NCBI RefSeq assembly: GCF_004010195.1
Contig: NC_057719.1
Coordinates: 2,596,784-2,660,783, forward strand
Reading direction: 5' to 3'
Source of the DNA: Chiloscyllium plagiosum
Lineage: Eukaryota
Length of the DNA stretch: 64,000 nucleotides
Shown here: one piece after another, positions 39,741-53,177 of the stretch
How the letters are laid out: every line of letters starts with the position of its first letter
How positions within the stretch are numbered: position 1 is the stretch's first letter
Program-made: the position numbers and the translations under genes
The notes under the pieces: model-generated
What the model saw: only the letters and a program-made list of their open reading frames with translations
Told to the model about the DNA's origin: nothing
Databases searched by the model: none

Positions 39741-40404
39741 ATAAAATGGTGAATGTTTCCAGAGATTTGTGGAGGCTGGATCACTGAATATACTTAAAAG
39801 ACACTTGAAGCATGGGCTAGATCAATCATGATCTTATGAAATGACAGGGCAGGTCTGAGGAACTGAATATTCTATTGCTTCTATTTCTTATGTTCAGATG
39901 GTGCATTTCAAATCACATCAGCTTATTGCTTTAAAAGTTCTTTGCCCTTATGTTGCCTTTGGATCTGTTCATCCTTAAATCTCGAACCTTTTTCTAACCG
40001 TTCTTCCACTGGAAGTAGTTTAGAATGGAACAGAATAGAAAGCTGGGAATAGTTTCTCCTTATTTTCCCTATTCTTTATGCTTTTGAAAACCTGGGTTAG
40101 ATTCGAATTGATTTGATTTATTGCTGTCACAGTGAAAAGTTTTATTTTGCAAGTAGTACAGGCAGATCATTACATACAAGGACATACAGATCATAGGGTG
40201 CTTAGACAGAGTGAGGCACACAAGGTTACAGCTGCACTGGAGTTGCACAAAAGCAAGATCAGCAATAAATGTGAAGTTAAATCTCCGCTTAGCTTTTCCA
40301 GCTCCAAAGGAAGTAGCTTCAGTTCCTCCAGTGTCTTAAATAACTGAAGCCTTCCTGGTGTCATTTGAGTAAATACCTTCTGCACCCTCTCAAAGGCATT
40401 GATG

Positions 40405-40498
40405 GAGATGAAACGTCTGAAAATGAACCTTCCAGCTCAGCGAGCGAACCTACATCCAGAACCTCAACGTGAGCTACAAATCTTCTCAAAACTCACTC
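40405..40498 (+). mobile_element. Penelope family D terminal fragment
   Basis: GATGAAACGTCTGAAAA...CTACAAATCTTCTCAAAACT; perfect TSD GCATTGATG at 40396-40404 and 40499-40507. Confidence 0.75.
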
Positions 40499-41707
40499 GC
40501 ATTGATGTCTTCCCTAAAGTGTGATGCTTGGTAGAATGCTTTATAAAGGCAAGCTTGTTTTATATATCTCACCTCTATTTATAAAGTCAAGCAGTCCATA
40601 TGCTTTTTTGTAGAACATTTTGAACTTGTCCTGTCATTTCTCAGAGACATGTACATACATGCCAGATGTCTCTGTTCCTGCATGCCTTTTAAAATTGCAT
40701 CATCCCATTTATATCTCTTAGTTTTTCCTACAAGAATCAAATGTCACTCAATCTCTAAATTAACTTTCACTTGCCTAGTGTCTGCCCAGTTCCTCAAAGT
40801 CCTCCTAAAGTTTGCTGCTATTTTCCTCACTGTTCACTGCAATTTGAAGTTGGTGTGTTTTGCGAAGTTTAATATTAGCTTCTGTACTTTTAGATCACTC
40901 CATTCCTTCATGTGATTTTAGACAAGAAACAAAGCTAATGCCATATATTCCAGGCTGATGTGTGGCCTTTCACACATGCAGCTTAGCAGGACCACCTGCT
41001 AGAACATCCCAGCCTTCCAGGTGCACTAACTGAGCTAGAATCCGAGCAATTGCAAGCATTGCCTAAACATGTCATTACCTAGAACTTAATAGGAGACATA
41101 CATGCCACAGAATGTACAGCCAGTGGATTCTAGTTGGCCGTTATTTTGCTTTTATTTCATTCCCCATGATGGTTGCCGATGGTTTTTGACCTATACACAT
41201 TGCAGATTAGAAGAATCTTATTAAAATATAACAGATTCCAAGGGGACTCCCCTGTTCCAGAGGTGTGTAATAGCATCTCCAAGCAGGTTTATTAGAAAAA
41301 TAGGTTTGATAGTGTATGTAGGGACACAGTTTAAATATTAGGGTCTCTCATTAAAGAGAGAGCTGAGTTTTGCTTTCTCAGAGGGTCTGTAATCTTTGAA
41401 AGTCTCTTCCCAGAGAACATGGGAACACTTCTGAGGTTGAGATAAATTTTTAATCCACAAAGGAGAGAGGGGTTGTGGAGGCACAGAAAATTAAGTGGGG
41501 TTGAGGCTGTGATCAGATCAACCTTAATTTATCAAATAATGCAGCATATATAAGGGATTTAAATGTGTATAGCTGCTCTCATTTCTTGTGTATTTTATAT
41601 ATGTTTCTGAAATAACCCAGGAAGCCCAACTTTAAAGGAACATAATTTCTTGTTGAACACTAAAATAGAGCCATTATTCATGATATACATAGGTTAGTCC
41701 CAGCCCT

Positions 41708-42945
41708 GGGTCTGCTTTCTTTCAAAGTATCTGAAAATGCTCTTACACAGAACAGAATGGTTTTCCCACCACTAAATCATTGTGACATTTTCTCAACTAC
41801 TGACCACCACCTGTGTAGCCAATTAAATATTTACAAGCAAAGCCCACTATGGGCATTACAAACCATTAAACATAAGAGGAGATAGGAAGAGTGGGCAACA
41901 ATCAAATCAAAATGGGGTTAGAGGGCAAAGGGAGTCTGCTTTCTTTCTCTAACACTCATAAGTACTATCATGCACAACCGAGCACCTTTCCCACTACCAA
42001 ATCTCCATGACTTTTTAAAACTACTAACACCAACACCAGTAATAGGGGTCTGCTTTACATATTTCCTAATCAACCGGATCAATGAAGTTATTACACTCCT
42101 CTGGAGGAGGCCCAGGGCTCAGAGACAGGGACACTATCGTTACACCAAATGACCCTATAGGGGTCTTTGTTTTTATATGCCCAGAGGTGTTGCCACATGC
42201 AATGGAGTAACTTTCCCACCACCAAAATTACCATTTTTAAAAATGTTTTCTTTGCTTTAACTACTGACCAACCAACAGTAGTCACCTGTGTAGGCAATTC
42301 AGCATTAACACACAGAGTCCACTATGGGCCATTTAAATCATTAAAAGTGCAGGGGGTGTGGAAGCATGGGAGGTGACTAAATCAAGATGGAGTTGGAGGG
42401 GGAAACAAAGCAATGTTTCCCCTGCGGTGCACATCTTTTCTCTCAAGGTGGCGAGCGTGTTAATGGACACGCATACTCCTTCTCCATGGACACAAACGTA
42501 ACCCCAAAGAGAGGCAGGGAGTTTGCAAAGATGACCCTGCCACAACCTGCTTTCTAGAGGGGTCTGCCTTATTTTTATTTGAAACTACTAACCACCACCA
42601 GTAACTAATGTGTAGTTAATTAAATATTTACAAGCAAAAGATTAGATTAGATTACATTACATTACAGTGTGGAAACAGGCCCTTTGATCTAATCTAATCT
42701 AATCTAATCTAATCTAATCTAATCTAATCTAATCTAATCTAATCTAATCTAATCTAATCTAATCTAAAACCCATTACAGACAATGCAGTGTCAAAGGAGG
42801 TTGAGATATGTATCATTTTAAAAGCTTAATCTACTTTGCCTAATCAACCTGTTCAGAGATGTTATTACAGTATGGTCTCTGAAGAAGATGGGACTTGAAC
42901 CCAGGTTTCTCAGTCCAGGGGTAGGGGCCACTGTGCTGATGAGTT
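41708..42945 (-). mobile_element. Cluster of Tx1-like 3' fragments and tRNA-type SINEs
   Basis: 42375-42550 aligns by eye with Tx1 fragment 8505-8690; 3' UTR motif AACTACT(G/A)AC recurs four times; SINEs at 42054-42156 and 42835-42945. Confidence 0.65.
42687..42767 (+). repeat. (AATCT)n microsatellite, about 16 units (SINE-tail derived)
   Basis: Perfect pentamer run. Confidence 0.95.
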
Positions 42946-44047
42946 CTAATAAAAAGGATCGTTGCCTGTTACCCAGAGAACTCATACCCAGTCAGCTCCA
43001 CATAGAGATTAGGGATTCCCCATGGGCCTAGTAGGGGTTATCACAAGGCCCAACTTTATGTATGTTTCCATTTAATATCCCCTTTGTTCTATTATGTACA
43101 AATATCTACCTCATTCCAATTTGGATCCCTGCAGAATTGGTCTATTTAGCTTTATCCCTTAGATCTGAACAATTACTCTGCTGTTTTCCATAATTAATGC
43201 TGTGCCTTAATTTTAACTACTTAGCATTTCATCCCTCCTACATTCAATTCCTATTTACCAAATTCCCGTAGTCACTTCTGAGCAAGCTAATCCATGTATA
43301 AGATTCATTTAACTTTCACCCAGCTCTGTGCTTGCCACCAAACTGTACCTTTCAAAACGTATCACTCATTTAATTATGCTGAGCCTTCTCAAAATTGCAC
43401 ATGTAGCTTGTGAACTTTGGCACTTTTGAACTTTAGATAGTACTGAATTGAGTTCTGTGGTTACCCGTTTGTGTCTGCTTCCAGTTTCTGGTTTATTCAT
43501 GAATATACATCATGATCCTACAGTGTTGTGACTACTTCTTCTTTCCTGTGATGTACTATATCTTATCTGTAACATCTCAGATTTTACATCAGGTCAAATT
43601 AAGTCACCCAATAAAACAAATTCCAAATTCTCAGCAGTTGTTTCGCCAAGTTGGCAGGACGGATGAGCGCTTCAATGCCTGAATATGCTGAGGCATTACA
43701 TGTTGATGCTTCTTGTTGCTTTGCACCATAATTAACAGAGAATGGTGCACCCCAAACTACATAACACCAGTTATTTCTCAATATAGTCCTTTGTGGACTA
43801 TAGCCAATTGCTTTACTGTAATTCTTCACATTTTCACAACAAACCATTTCCTATTCTTCAGGAGCCTCCTCAGGATGCAGACAGACATAGAGTACAAAAT
43901 TATCATTCATTTCCCAACCATCACTCAGCTTTCCTACAGCTGGGGAACAGAAAATTTGAAGACCAGAATCTCAAACTCGAATTGAGGTCATAGCTCACCA
44001 GAGAGCAATGACCCTCTTATAAGCTGCTGAGGCTTGGATAACCTTCA

Positions 44048-44563
44048 GAATCAAAGAATCCCTACAGTATGGAAGCAGGCCATTTGGTCCATTGAGTCCA
44101 TGCCAACCCTCCAAATGGCATCCCACCCAGGCCCACCCCGACCTGTAACCCTGCGTTTCCCAGAGCTAATCCACCCAACTTGCACATCTCTGGACACTAT
44201 GGTCAATTTAGCATAGCCAATCCACCTAAACTGCACATCTTTGGACTGTGGGAGGAAACTGGAGCACCCAGAGGAAAATAAACACACACACACAATGTGC
44301 GAACTCCACACAGTTGTCTGAGCCTGCAATTGAACCCAGGTCATTGGTGCTGTGCGACAGCAGTGCTAACCACTAAGCCACCGTGTTGACCATTGGATTA
44401 GGTGGATTGGCTGTGCTAAATTGGCCCATAGTGTCCAGAGATGTGCAGATTAGGTGGATTAGCCATGGCAAATAGGGGGGTATGGGGACAGGGTGGATGC
44501 TCTTTGGAGGGTTGGTGTAAACTTGATGAATTGAATGGCCTCTCTCCGCACTGTAGGGATTCC
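44048..44563. mobile_element. Two HE1-type SINEs in opposite orientation (minus 44048-44386, plus 3' half 44394-44563)
   Basis: 44395-44470 is an inverted match to 44165-44230. Confidence 0.8.
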
Positions 44564-44699
44564 TTGAAGATCCTTTAAATCTGGTGGTCCAAGAGAAACA
44601 TTCTCTCCCACGCTAGCTTGACCAGTGTTGATGTATATAATCATTCGGAATCAGTTAAGCAGGGCCTTGGCTGCTTCTTTTCTTTGGCTTTCCTCATGT

Positions 44700-45040
44700 G
44701 TGAGATATGGATGTCACTGGTCAGGCCAGCATCTATGACCACCCCTATCTGTCTTAGAACTTACAAGCTCTGAGGGCAGTTAAGAGCTAACCTCATTGCT
44801 ACGGGTCTGGAGTCACATGTAGGCCAGGCCATGTAAGTACAGGCGATTTCGTTCCCCAAAGAACGTTAGTGAATCAGATGAATATTCATCTCAATCAACA
44901 TTAGTTCCATGGTGACCATCAGACTAATTTTTATTGTAGATTTTTACCATCTGCCAAGATGGGATTCAGCCTATGTCCTGAGAGTATTACCCTGAAGCTC
45001 TGGATTAATACTACAACGACATTACCACAATGCCAACTGC
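44700..45040 (-). mobile_element. tRNA-derived SINE sharing its 3' tail with the older LINE family
   Basis: Homologous to 53410-53735 and 37286-37510; GGCCAGCAT...GAGGGCAGTTAAGAG...GGGTCTGGAGTCACATGTAGGCCAG. Confidence 0.65.
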
Positions 45041-45044
45041 ATTG

Positions 45045-45387
45045 TCGAAACCCTAGGACCACTTCATTTATTTACTTGATATTACACCCCCAGAAAGTGC
45101 TCTATCTCGAATATGGTCAGAGCTTGAGACTGCCAGGAGGGCATGGGAATGCCTAAGGAATAGCCTCAAAGCAATATTGACAAAATCAAACTTAACCACT
45201 GATTCATGGGAGCCCTGGCTTGTAACTGAACAAAACACTGAAGATTTATTCAAGAAGGCAGCAACCTTCTGGAGAGAGTGCACAAACTTTCAACCTCTCA
45301 ATCACCAGAGTTTTTTGAGGACCATCTCCTCACTTTGCGACAGAGTCTCCACATATGAGCCATCTCAGAACTCATCCAACTAAAGTC
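45045..45387 (+). mobile_element. RTE-clade LINE 3' fragment, old
   Basis: PQKVLYLE...RLPGG, NSLKAILTKSNLTTDSWE and terminal SLCDRV...SHLRTH zinc-finger remnant. Confidence 0.6.
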
Positions 45388-48300
45388 GAAACAAAAACAG
45401 AAATTACTGGAAAAACTCAGGAGGCCTGGCAGCATCTGTGGAGAGAAAGCAGAGTTAACGTTTTGGGTCCAGTGACCCTTCTTCAGAACGGATTGTAGCC
45501 AAGGAAAGTGTTGGTATTGTGCAGAAGATATGGCGGGATGGTGGGGGGTGCGCAGAATAAATGATAGGTGGAGTTGGAGTTCACAGAGAGAGTATAGCAG
45601 CTGTGCAGAGTAATGGGGAAAGGTCAGCCCAAGAGAATGAGCTAATAACGAGCATTAATAGCTGACAATAGCTTGTGAGTGGTAGCAGCTCATTTGATGA
45701 CAAGACCCGGTGTGTGGGGATTGGGGCAAGGATTGAGAGAAGGTGCTCAGGCCCTAAATTTGTTCAATTTGATATCGAGTCCTGAAGGCTGCAGATCTCC
45801 AGAAAAATGAAACACTGCTCTTTCAGCTTGCGCTGAGTTCGCTGGAGCACTGCAGCAAGTCTGATGGACATATGTTGGGCAGGGAACACCGTGGTCTGTT
45901 GAAGTGGCTGACCACAGGAAGCTCAGGGTCATTTCTGTGGAAAACGGTTGTCCAGTCTGCACTTTGCCTCCCCATGTAGAGGAAACAACATTGTTAGCGG
46001 TGAATATAGGAGACTAGATCAAGTGAAGTACAAGTTGTGGGGGTGCACAGAGGTGTGAGGACTGGACAAAGGGGTCCTGGAGGGAATGGTCCTTGTGGAG
46101 GGGAATATGTATCTGGTGGTGGCATTCCATTGGTGGTGACATACACTACTCCTCAGATAGCTATTCCTACTGCACACTTAGGGCCATGCAGTGCTATATG
46201 CACACTCGCAACTTCTCTCTCCATCAGCACTGCCTCACACTGGCTCAGAGATGCTCTGCCCCAAGTTCCACTGTATCCTTCAGCTCATTCAACTTTCTAA
46301 CAAGAAACATTTTCTTTTCCTTTCAGCCTTAGGGAACCCAAGCTGCAACAACTCAGAGACACCAACATCTCTCTAAAAACCTTTCTCTCTTCCCCTTCCC
46401 TCTGACTCTATCTCCTCTCCCAACCTCACCTCCTGTCCTGCAATTACTATTGCTTTTGACGTTCCTGTCTGATGCTAAACATTCTGTAGTTAGCAAAGGT
46501 CTCAGTTTTATCCCTCTGTGCAGGTTCAATGTTCCTTAAAAGTGGAATAACAGGTAGATGTGATAGTGAAGAAGGCATTTGGCACATTTACTCTCATTGG
46601 TTAGTGTACTGAATGTAGGAGTTAGGATGCCACATTGTGACTGTACTAGACATTGATCATACCATTTATGAAACACTGTGTGCAATTCTGGTCTCCCTGC
46701 TAGAGGAACAAGACTATTTAACTTGAAAGGGTTCAGAGAAGGTTTACAAGGATCATAGCATCATAGAATTCCTACAGTGTGGAAACAGGCCATTTGGACC
46801 AACAAGTAACACCGGCCCTCTGAACAGTAACCCACCCAGACCCAATTACTCCACATTTGCCCCTAACTAATGCACCTAACCTACACATCCATGAACACTA
46901 TGGGCAATTTAGCTTGGCCAATCCACCTGATCTACGCATCTTTGGACTGTGGGAGTAAACTGGAGCACCCGGAGGAAACCCACGCAGACATGGGGAGAAT
47001 GTGCAAACTCCACCCACTCAGTCACCCGAGGGTGGAATTGAACCCAGGTCCCTGGTGCTGTGAGACAGCAGTGCTAACCACTGAGCCACCGTTGCCAGGG
47101 TTGAAGGGTTTGAATAGGCTGGGGCTACTTTCCCTGGAGGGTTGGAGAATGAGGAGTAACTTTATAGAGTTTATAAAATCATAAGAGGCATGGGTAGGGT
47201 GAACAGTCAACGGTAGGGGAATCCAAAACTAGAGGACATAGATTTATGGTTTAGAGAGGGAAAAGATTTAAAAGGGACTTAAAGGACAATGTTTTCACAC
47301 AGAGGGTGGTGTGTGTATGGAATGAGCTGCCAGAGGAAGTGGTGGAGGCTGGTACACTTCCAACATTTAAAAGCTATCTGGTTGGGTATATGAATAGGAA
47401 GGGTTTAAGAGTGATATGGGCCAAATGCTGGCAAATGGGACTAGATTAATTTAGGATATCTGGTCAGCATGAACAAGTTAGACAAAGCTGTCCATTGCTA
47501 TGACTCTAGAACTCATCCTTTCCTACCTCGACTGAATTTTTTTTCTCTTCTCGTCCAGTCCCTTCCACTTACATCCACAACTGTCTGACACATAATGTCA
47601 GTTTTGGAACGTCCAGTTTATGGGCTCCAGCTACCTCCCCTTTCCCATGGAGGTACAACCCCCCCTTCCACACCCATCCCCCACCAGGATGGTCTCAGGG
47701 CTCTCCATTTCTTCCTGGAGTAAAGGCCTGAACAGTCCCCACCCCCCAGCACCCTCCACCACCCGGCCGACCCCACCCTCACCCTCAACAACTTCTCTTT
47801 TCATTCCTCTCACTCCTTTCAGCTCAGAGAGGTGGCCATGGGGACCCACATGGGCCCTAGTTATACCTGTCTCTTTGTGGGGGACGTGGAACATCCTTGT
47901 TCCAATCCTATTCTAGACCCAACCCACAGTTTTTTCCAGGATATCAATGACATCATCAGTGGTGCTTCCCTCTCTCTCGTCTGGAATTGGAAAGGTTTAT
48001 TGATTTCTGTTCCAACTTTCATTGCACTCTGACCTTCACCTGGTCCACTTCTGACTCCTCCCTTCCTTTCCTCAACATTCCTATTTCAATTTCTAGAGAG
48101 AGGCTTGTCATTAATGTCCACTACAAACTCAGTAACTCCCTGTTACCATGATGATACATTTTCATACCCACCTTCCTGTAAAGACTCTATTTCATTCTCC
48201 ATTTTTCTGCCTCTGTCGTATCTGTTCTGATGATTCTTATGTTGATTGGGGGGCATCTGAAATGTCTATCTTCTTCCTCAACTGAGGACTCCCCACCACC

Positions 48301-49520
48301 GTTATTGATAGGGCCGTCAGCTGTGTCCAACCCACCTCCCACACTTCAACCCTCACCCTTTTCTTCCCTCCCACAACAACAGGGTCACTTCTGTCCTCAC
48401 CTACCATCCCACCAACATCTACATATAAAGGATAATTAGTCGCCAATTCCACTATCTCCACAGGATGCCATCACTAAACACATATTCCCCTCTCCTCCCA
48501 TGTCAGCCTTCCGCAGGGACTGTTCCCATCGCCACATCTTGGTCCACTCCTCCTTCACTCCCAACACCTCCACAGCACTTCCCTTGCAATCACAGAAGGT
48601 GTAACACCTGCTTGTTTACTTTCTCCCTCCTCAGTATCCAAAGGCCTAGACACACCTTCCAGGCGAAGCTGCACTTCACTCAATCTAGTCTCCTGTATTC
48701 TTTGCTGACAATATGGTATTCTCTTCATGGGGTGACCTCTTTGCAGAACATCACCATTCTATGTGCAAAAAGGACCCTGACCTTACTGAGACCTGCCAGT
48801 TCAACACCCCATCCTGTTCCCTGGCCAACATCTCTGTCTCAGGCTTGCTGCAGTGTTCCAGTGAAGCTCAGTGCAAGCTGGAAGAGAGCACCTCATTTAT
48901 TGCTTGGGAATCCTGCAGCCTTCTGGATTCAATAACGAGTTCAACAATTTTAGGAGAAAATGAGGACTGCAGGTGCTGGAGATCAGAGTCGAAGAATGTG
49001 GTGCTGGAAAAAGCACAGCCGGTCAGGCACCATCCGAGGAGCAGGAGAATCGACATTTCGGGCATAAGCCTTTCAACAGGAATTGCTTGAAATGTCAACT
49101 CTCCTGCTCCTCCGATGCTGCCTGACTGGCTGTGCTTTACCAGCACCACACTCTTCCACAATTTTAGGGCCTGAACACCTTATTCCATGTCCTATCCCCA
49201 ACCCCCACACACCATTGACAACTACCACAAGCAATTTATTGCCAACCACTAACCATTTACAGCCATTTATTCTCCAAGGCCAATCTTTACTCATTCTTCT
49301 GTGTGCCCAACTGTGTTTTTCTCTGTCTGGGCTCCATCTCCACCTACTGCTTACTCCTCCCTTCCACTCATCTTTAACATATACCGTACCAACGTTTTCC
49401 TACCTCCCATTCCTACAATCAGTTCTGAAGAAGGGTCACTGGATGCTGCTGGCCTTGCTGCGTTTTTCCAGTAATTTCCATTTTTGTTTCTGATTTGCAG
49501 CATCTGCAGTTCTTTGTTTT
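45388..49520 (+). mobile_element. Degraded near-complete Penelope-like element (family B) with an inverted 5' terminal copy
   Basis: 45388-46140 is an inverted copy of the 3' region; plus-strand SKGLSFIP, AMGTHMGPSYTCLF, QDIND, FPCNHRRCNTC and KLEE; terminus at 49420-49520; interrupted by CR1 with HE1 and by a fold-back insert. Confidence 0.75.
46517..47508 (+). mobile_element. CR1-clade LINE 3' fragment containing a minus-strand HE1 SINE (46760-47093)
   Basis: CVQFWSP and FTQRVVCVWNELP; SINE splits ACAAGGAT and GTTGCCAGG. Confidence 0.85.
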
Positions 49521-50580
49521 TTTTTTGTAAGGTGGAAGCAATTAATCCTTAATCTAGGGAGACAGTCGAAAAGAAACTTCTGAAACCCCTTTAGTGTAAT
49601 AAATATTGACTCATAGATTGTCAGTAACACAACACTTGATTCTTCTTATGCAAATGCCATTTATAACTCTATGATAAAAACTGGGCAAATCATTTGTGAG
49701 GTAACCAGGAGTGTGGATGAAAGACTTTAGCAAGGCTTTTGATAAGGTTCCTCATGGGAACTGATCAAGAAACTAAGATGCACTAGAATCCAAGGCAAAC
49801 TGTCTTGCATCCAAAATCCAAAATTAGCTGAGAAGTCGGTAGCAGGGATGTTTCTATTTCTGGAAGTCAGTTTTAAGAGGAGTTGCACAGAGTTGGTGCT
49901 GCGGCCCTTACGGTTTGTCTGAGGTAATGCATTTGGTGAGGGGTAATAAGGCAAGGGATTTCACTGAGTGGTAGCACAATGTAATGTGTGGAAGGTCAGA
50001 AGAAATTTGGTGTACACAGTCAAAGATCCCTAAAGGATGGTGAGATATAGTGGTTAAAAAAACAATTTTTACATTGCTATTGCTCCTCATTCTGGGCTGT
50101 GGGTTTTGCTGCCTAGGCCAACATTCATGGTTCATGACACTTTTGGAATTTAAAAGAATGAGAGGCAAACTTATTGAAACATATAAGATTCTTAGGGGAC
50201 TTAGGGATAGATATGGAAGTTTGTTTCCCCTTGTGGGAGAATCTAGGACTTGGGTTGTACATTTAGGACAGAAATGGGCAGGAGTTTCTTCTCTCGGAGG
50301 TTCATGTAGAGTTGTTCTGTGGATTGTTTACTGATCTTTAAGTATATTCAAGACTGTATTAAGATAGGTTTTAATTAGTAAGGGAATAAAGGATAATGGA
50401 AAAAAGGCAGGAAAGTAGAACTGAGGGTAATCAGATCAGCCATGGTACCTTTGTAAGGCAGAACACTGTCAACTGAATGGTCCAACTCTACACTTACTTC
50501 TTATGGATTAACAGTTGGCCATTTATTTATGGCAAGAGGTGTAGAGTTGAAAAGATATACTCAGAAATCATATGACATCA

Positions 50581-50869
50581 TAGAATAGAATCACTTCAGT
50601 GTGGAAACAGGCCCTTTGGTCCAACAAGAGTAACCTACCCAAACCCATTTCCCCCTGAGTCTTTTACCTAACCTACACATCCTTGTACACTATGGGCAAT
50701 TTAGCACAGCCAGTTCACCTGACCTGCACATCTTTGGACTGTGGGAGGAAACCCACACAGGCACAGGGAGAATGTGCAAATTCCACACAGACAGTCGCCC
50801 AAGGCTGGAATCAAACCCGGGTCATCAGCACTATGAGGCAGCAGTGCTAACCGCTGAGCCATCATTGCC
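50581..50869 (-). mobile_element. HE1-type V-SINE
   Basis: Same head and central domain as other copies. Confidence 0.85.
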
Positions 50870-52495
50870 CTTTTGCAGGTAAAGGGGGTAATGCACCAAA
50901 CGCTTGTGATTTCAAATAAGCCTGTTGGATTATAACCAGATGTTGTTTGATTTCTGAACCTGTCCACCCCAGTCCAACACCGGCACCTCTGCATCAGAAA
51001 TGATCAAAACATTGTGAGAGTCTGGAACTCAATGAGTGAAAGAATGGTTGAGTCTGAAACTTTTGAGACATTTAAGCAATATTTATGTATTTGCTTGTCC
51101 TACCATCATCCTCCAGGCCAATGGGCAAACAGCTGGAAGATAGGATTAGTACAGTCTGATCCTTGTTGACGAGCTTGGACACATTGGCAGAATAGCTTCC
51201 TTCTGTGCTGTAAATGTCTATGAGTCCTCATATGTTGTCAGAAGTTCATACAGTTCACACTTATAGTTTACTAGAAGTAGTCTGTAAAATGTCCACTAAA
51301 TTCCATGTGGCCTCCACTTATAAATCAAACTGAAATGATTCTTTTTGTGCATTGAAATCATCATTATCACAGAGTGAGCTATTCAGCCAACCATAAATGA
51401 GTCAACTGAATTTTATGACAAGCAAAACAAAAATGCTTGTTTCTGTAAATAATTCTTTACCATAAAGTGTGTAATGGAACTCATCAGTGGTACAGACATG
51501 GCAGCAAGTAATGGTGCTGCTGCATAAATGTGAAGAGTTCAAGGTGCTTTTTAGGGTCCTCATGGTATACTGCTAGGGTCCCAACCTCTGCACTAGGAGA
51601 TCTAGGTTCAAGTCTCATCAGCTCCTGAAATATATGATAATATTTCTGAACAGGGAGATTAGAAAATATAAATGTGAAGAATTAACTGCAGGAAGGGCAT
51701 GTAGCTGTAAAATCACCTGTTAATTTCAAATGATGATTAAAAGAATTAAAATGGCAGCCCGGTCAGGACTCACTCTGCAAATGATGCACAAGGTCTCTAC
51801 CTGAACCCTACGTGGAACAACCAAGGGTTTCTATTAAGGGAGCAAGGATGGCTAAAGAGGGAAAACCAAAGGAAAAGTGAAAAGATGATCAAGCTTAAAA
51901 AGGCACACCTTTATGGACATACGAAATAGGTCAATTGGATCTTTGAATCTTCTCCACCATTTTGGAAGATCATGGTTAATCTGATATATGTAGTGATCCA
52001 GCCTCGAATGCCCACTAGGGAAGACAATTCCAAACACTAATGACCCTCAGGGAAGAAAGTTCTTCTAATCTTTATCTTAAATGGGAGACCCGTATTTTAA
52101 AACTCTGCTTCCCAGTTTCGAGACTCCTGCACAAGAGTCTCTCAGGGCAGAATGATCCCAGCATATGAATGATAAGGGAAAAGCAATAAAATTGAGAAAA
52201 TACATTGAATATGAAAAAAAATTATTGATGTGAAGATTATTTACTTTGAAGGAAAAAAACCTCGATTTTCTCCTCAAGGATTCAACGGCTAGACGATAGT
52301 CTTGCTAGTAAATAGCAAGGGCCCTATTTGCATTATTACCTTTTTTACATGCAGGATGCTAGTGTCCTTTAGGGAAGATAATCTGCTGTTGATTGCTGAT
52401 CTGGCCTGTACATGACTCCAGATCCATGGCAATCTGGTTCATTTATAACCAATCATAGCATATAGGAGCAGAAGTTGGCCATTTAGCCCATCAAG

Positions 52496-53177
52496 GAGAA
52501 AGTGAGGACTGCAGATGCTGGAGATCAGAGCTGAAAATGTGTTGCTGGAAAAGCGCAGCATCCACCTGCACCTCCACACACATCATCTATTGCATCTGCT
52601 GCACCCAATGTGGCCTCCTCTATATTGGGGAGACAGGCCGCCTACTTGCGGAACGTTTCAGAGAACACCTCTGGGACACCCGGACCAACCAACCCAACCA
52701 CCCCGTGACTCAACACTTCAACTCCCCCTCCCACTCCACCAAGGACATGCAGGTCCTTGGACTCCTTCATTGCCAGACCATGGCAACACGACAGTTGGAG
52801 GAAGAGCGCCTCATCTTCTGCCTGGGAACCCTCCAACCACAAGGGATGAACTCAGATTTCTCCAGTTTCCTCATTTCCCCTTCCCCCACCTTGTCTCAGT
52901 CAAATCCCTCGAACTCAGCACCACCTTCCTAACCTGCAATCTTCTTCCTGACCTCTCCGCCCCCACCCTCACTCCGACCTATCACCCTCACCTTGACCTC
53001 CCTCCACCTATTGCAATTCCAACGCCCCTCCCCCAAGTCCCTCCTCCCTACCTTTTATCTTAGCCTGCTGGACACACTTTCCTCATTCCTGAAGAAGGGT
53101 TTATGCCCGAAACGTCGATTCTCCTGTTCCTTGGATGCTGCCTGACCGGCTGCGCTTTTCCAGCAACACATTTTCAG
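52496..53177 (+). mobile_element. Young 5'-truncated Penelope (family A): GIY-YIG domain and terminus, with inverted 5' piece
   Basis: HIIYCICCTQCGLLYIGETGRLLAERFREH...LEEERLI; perfect 16-bp TSD CATTTAGCCCATCAAG at 52480-52495 and 53178-53193. Confidence 0.92.
53085..53120 (+). ncRNA. Minimal hammerhead ribozyme motif (family A terminus)
   Basis: CUGAAGA-A-GGGU-uuau-GCCC-GAAA-CGUC; core intact, stem I weak. Confidence 0.65.

Noticed and set aside
41708..42570. CRISPR-like repeat-spacer array
   Set aside because: The repeat is only about 10 bp, the spacers are 100-400 bp retroelement pieces, the context is eukaryotic, and there are no cas genes
51774..51807. Possible 34-nt minus-strand exon (TAG|...|GTGAGT)
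   Set aside because: Splice-like pairs occur by chance at this scale; no supporting peptide similarity
52537..52932. Stand-alone GIY-YIG nuclease gene
   Set aside because: It is the 5'-truncated end of a Penelope element bounded by a TSD, and its start codon comes from the inverted terminal piece
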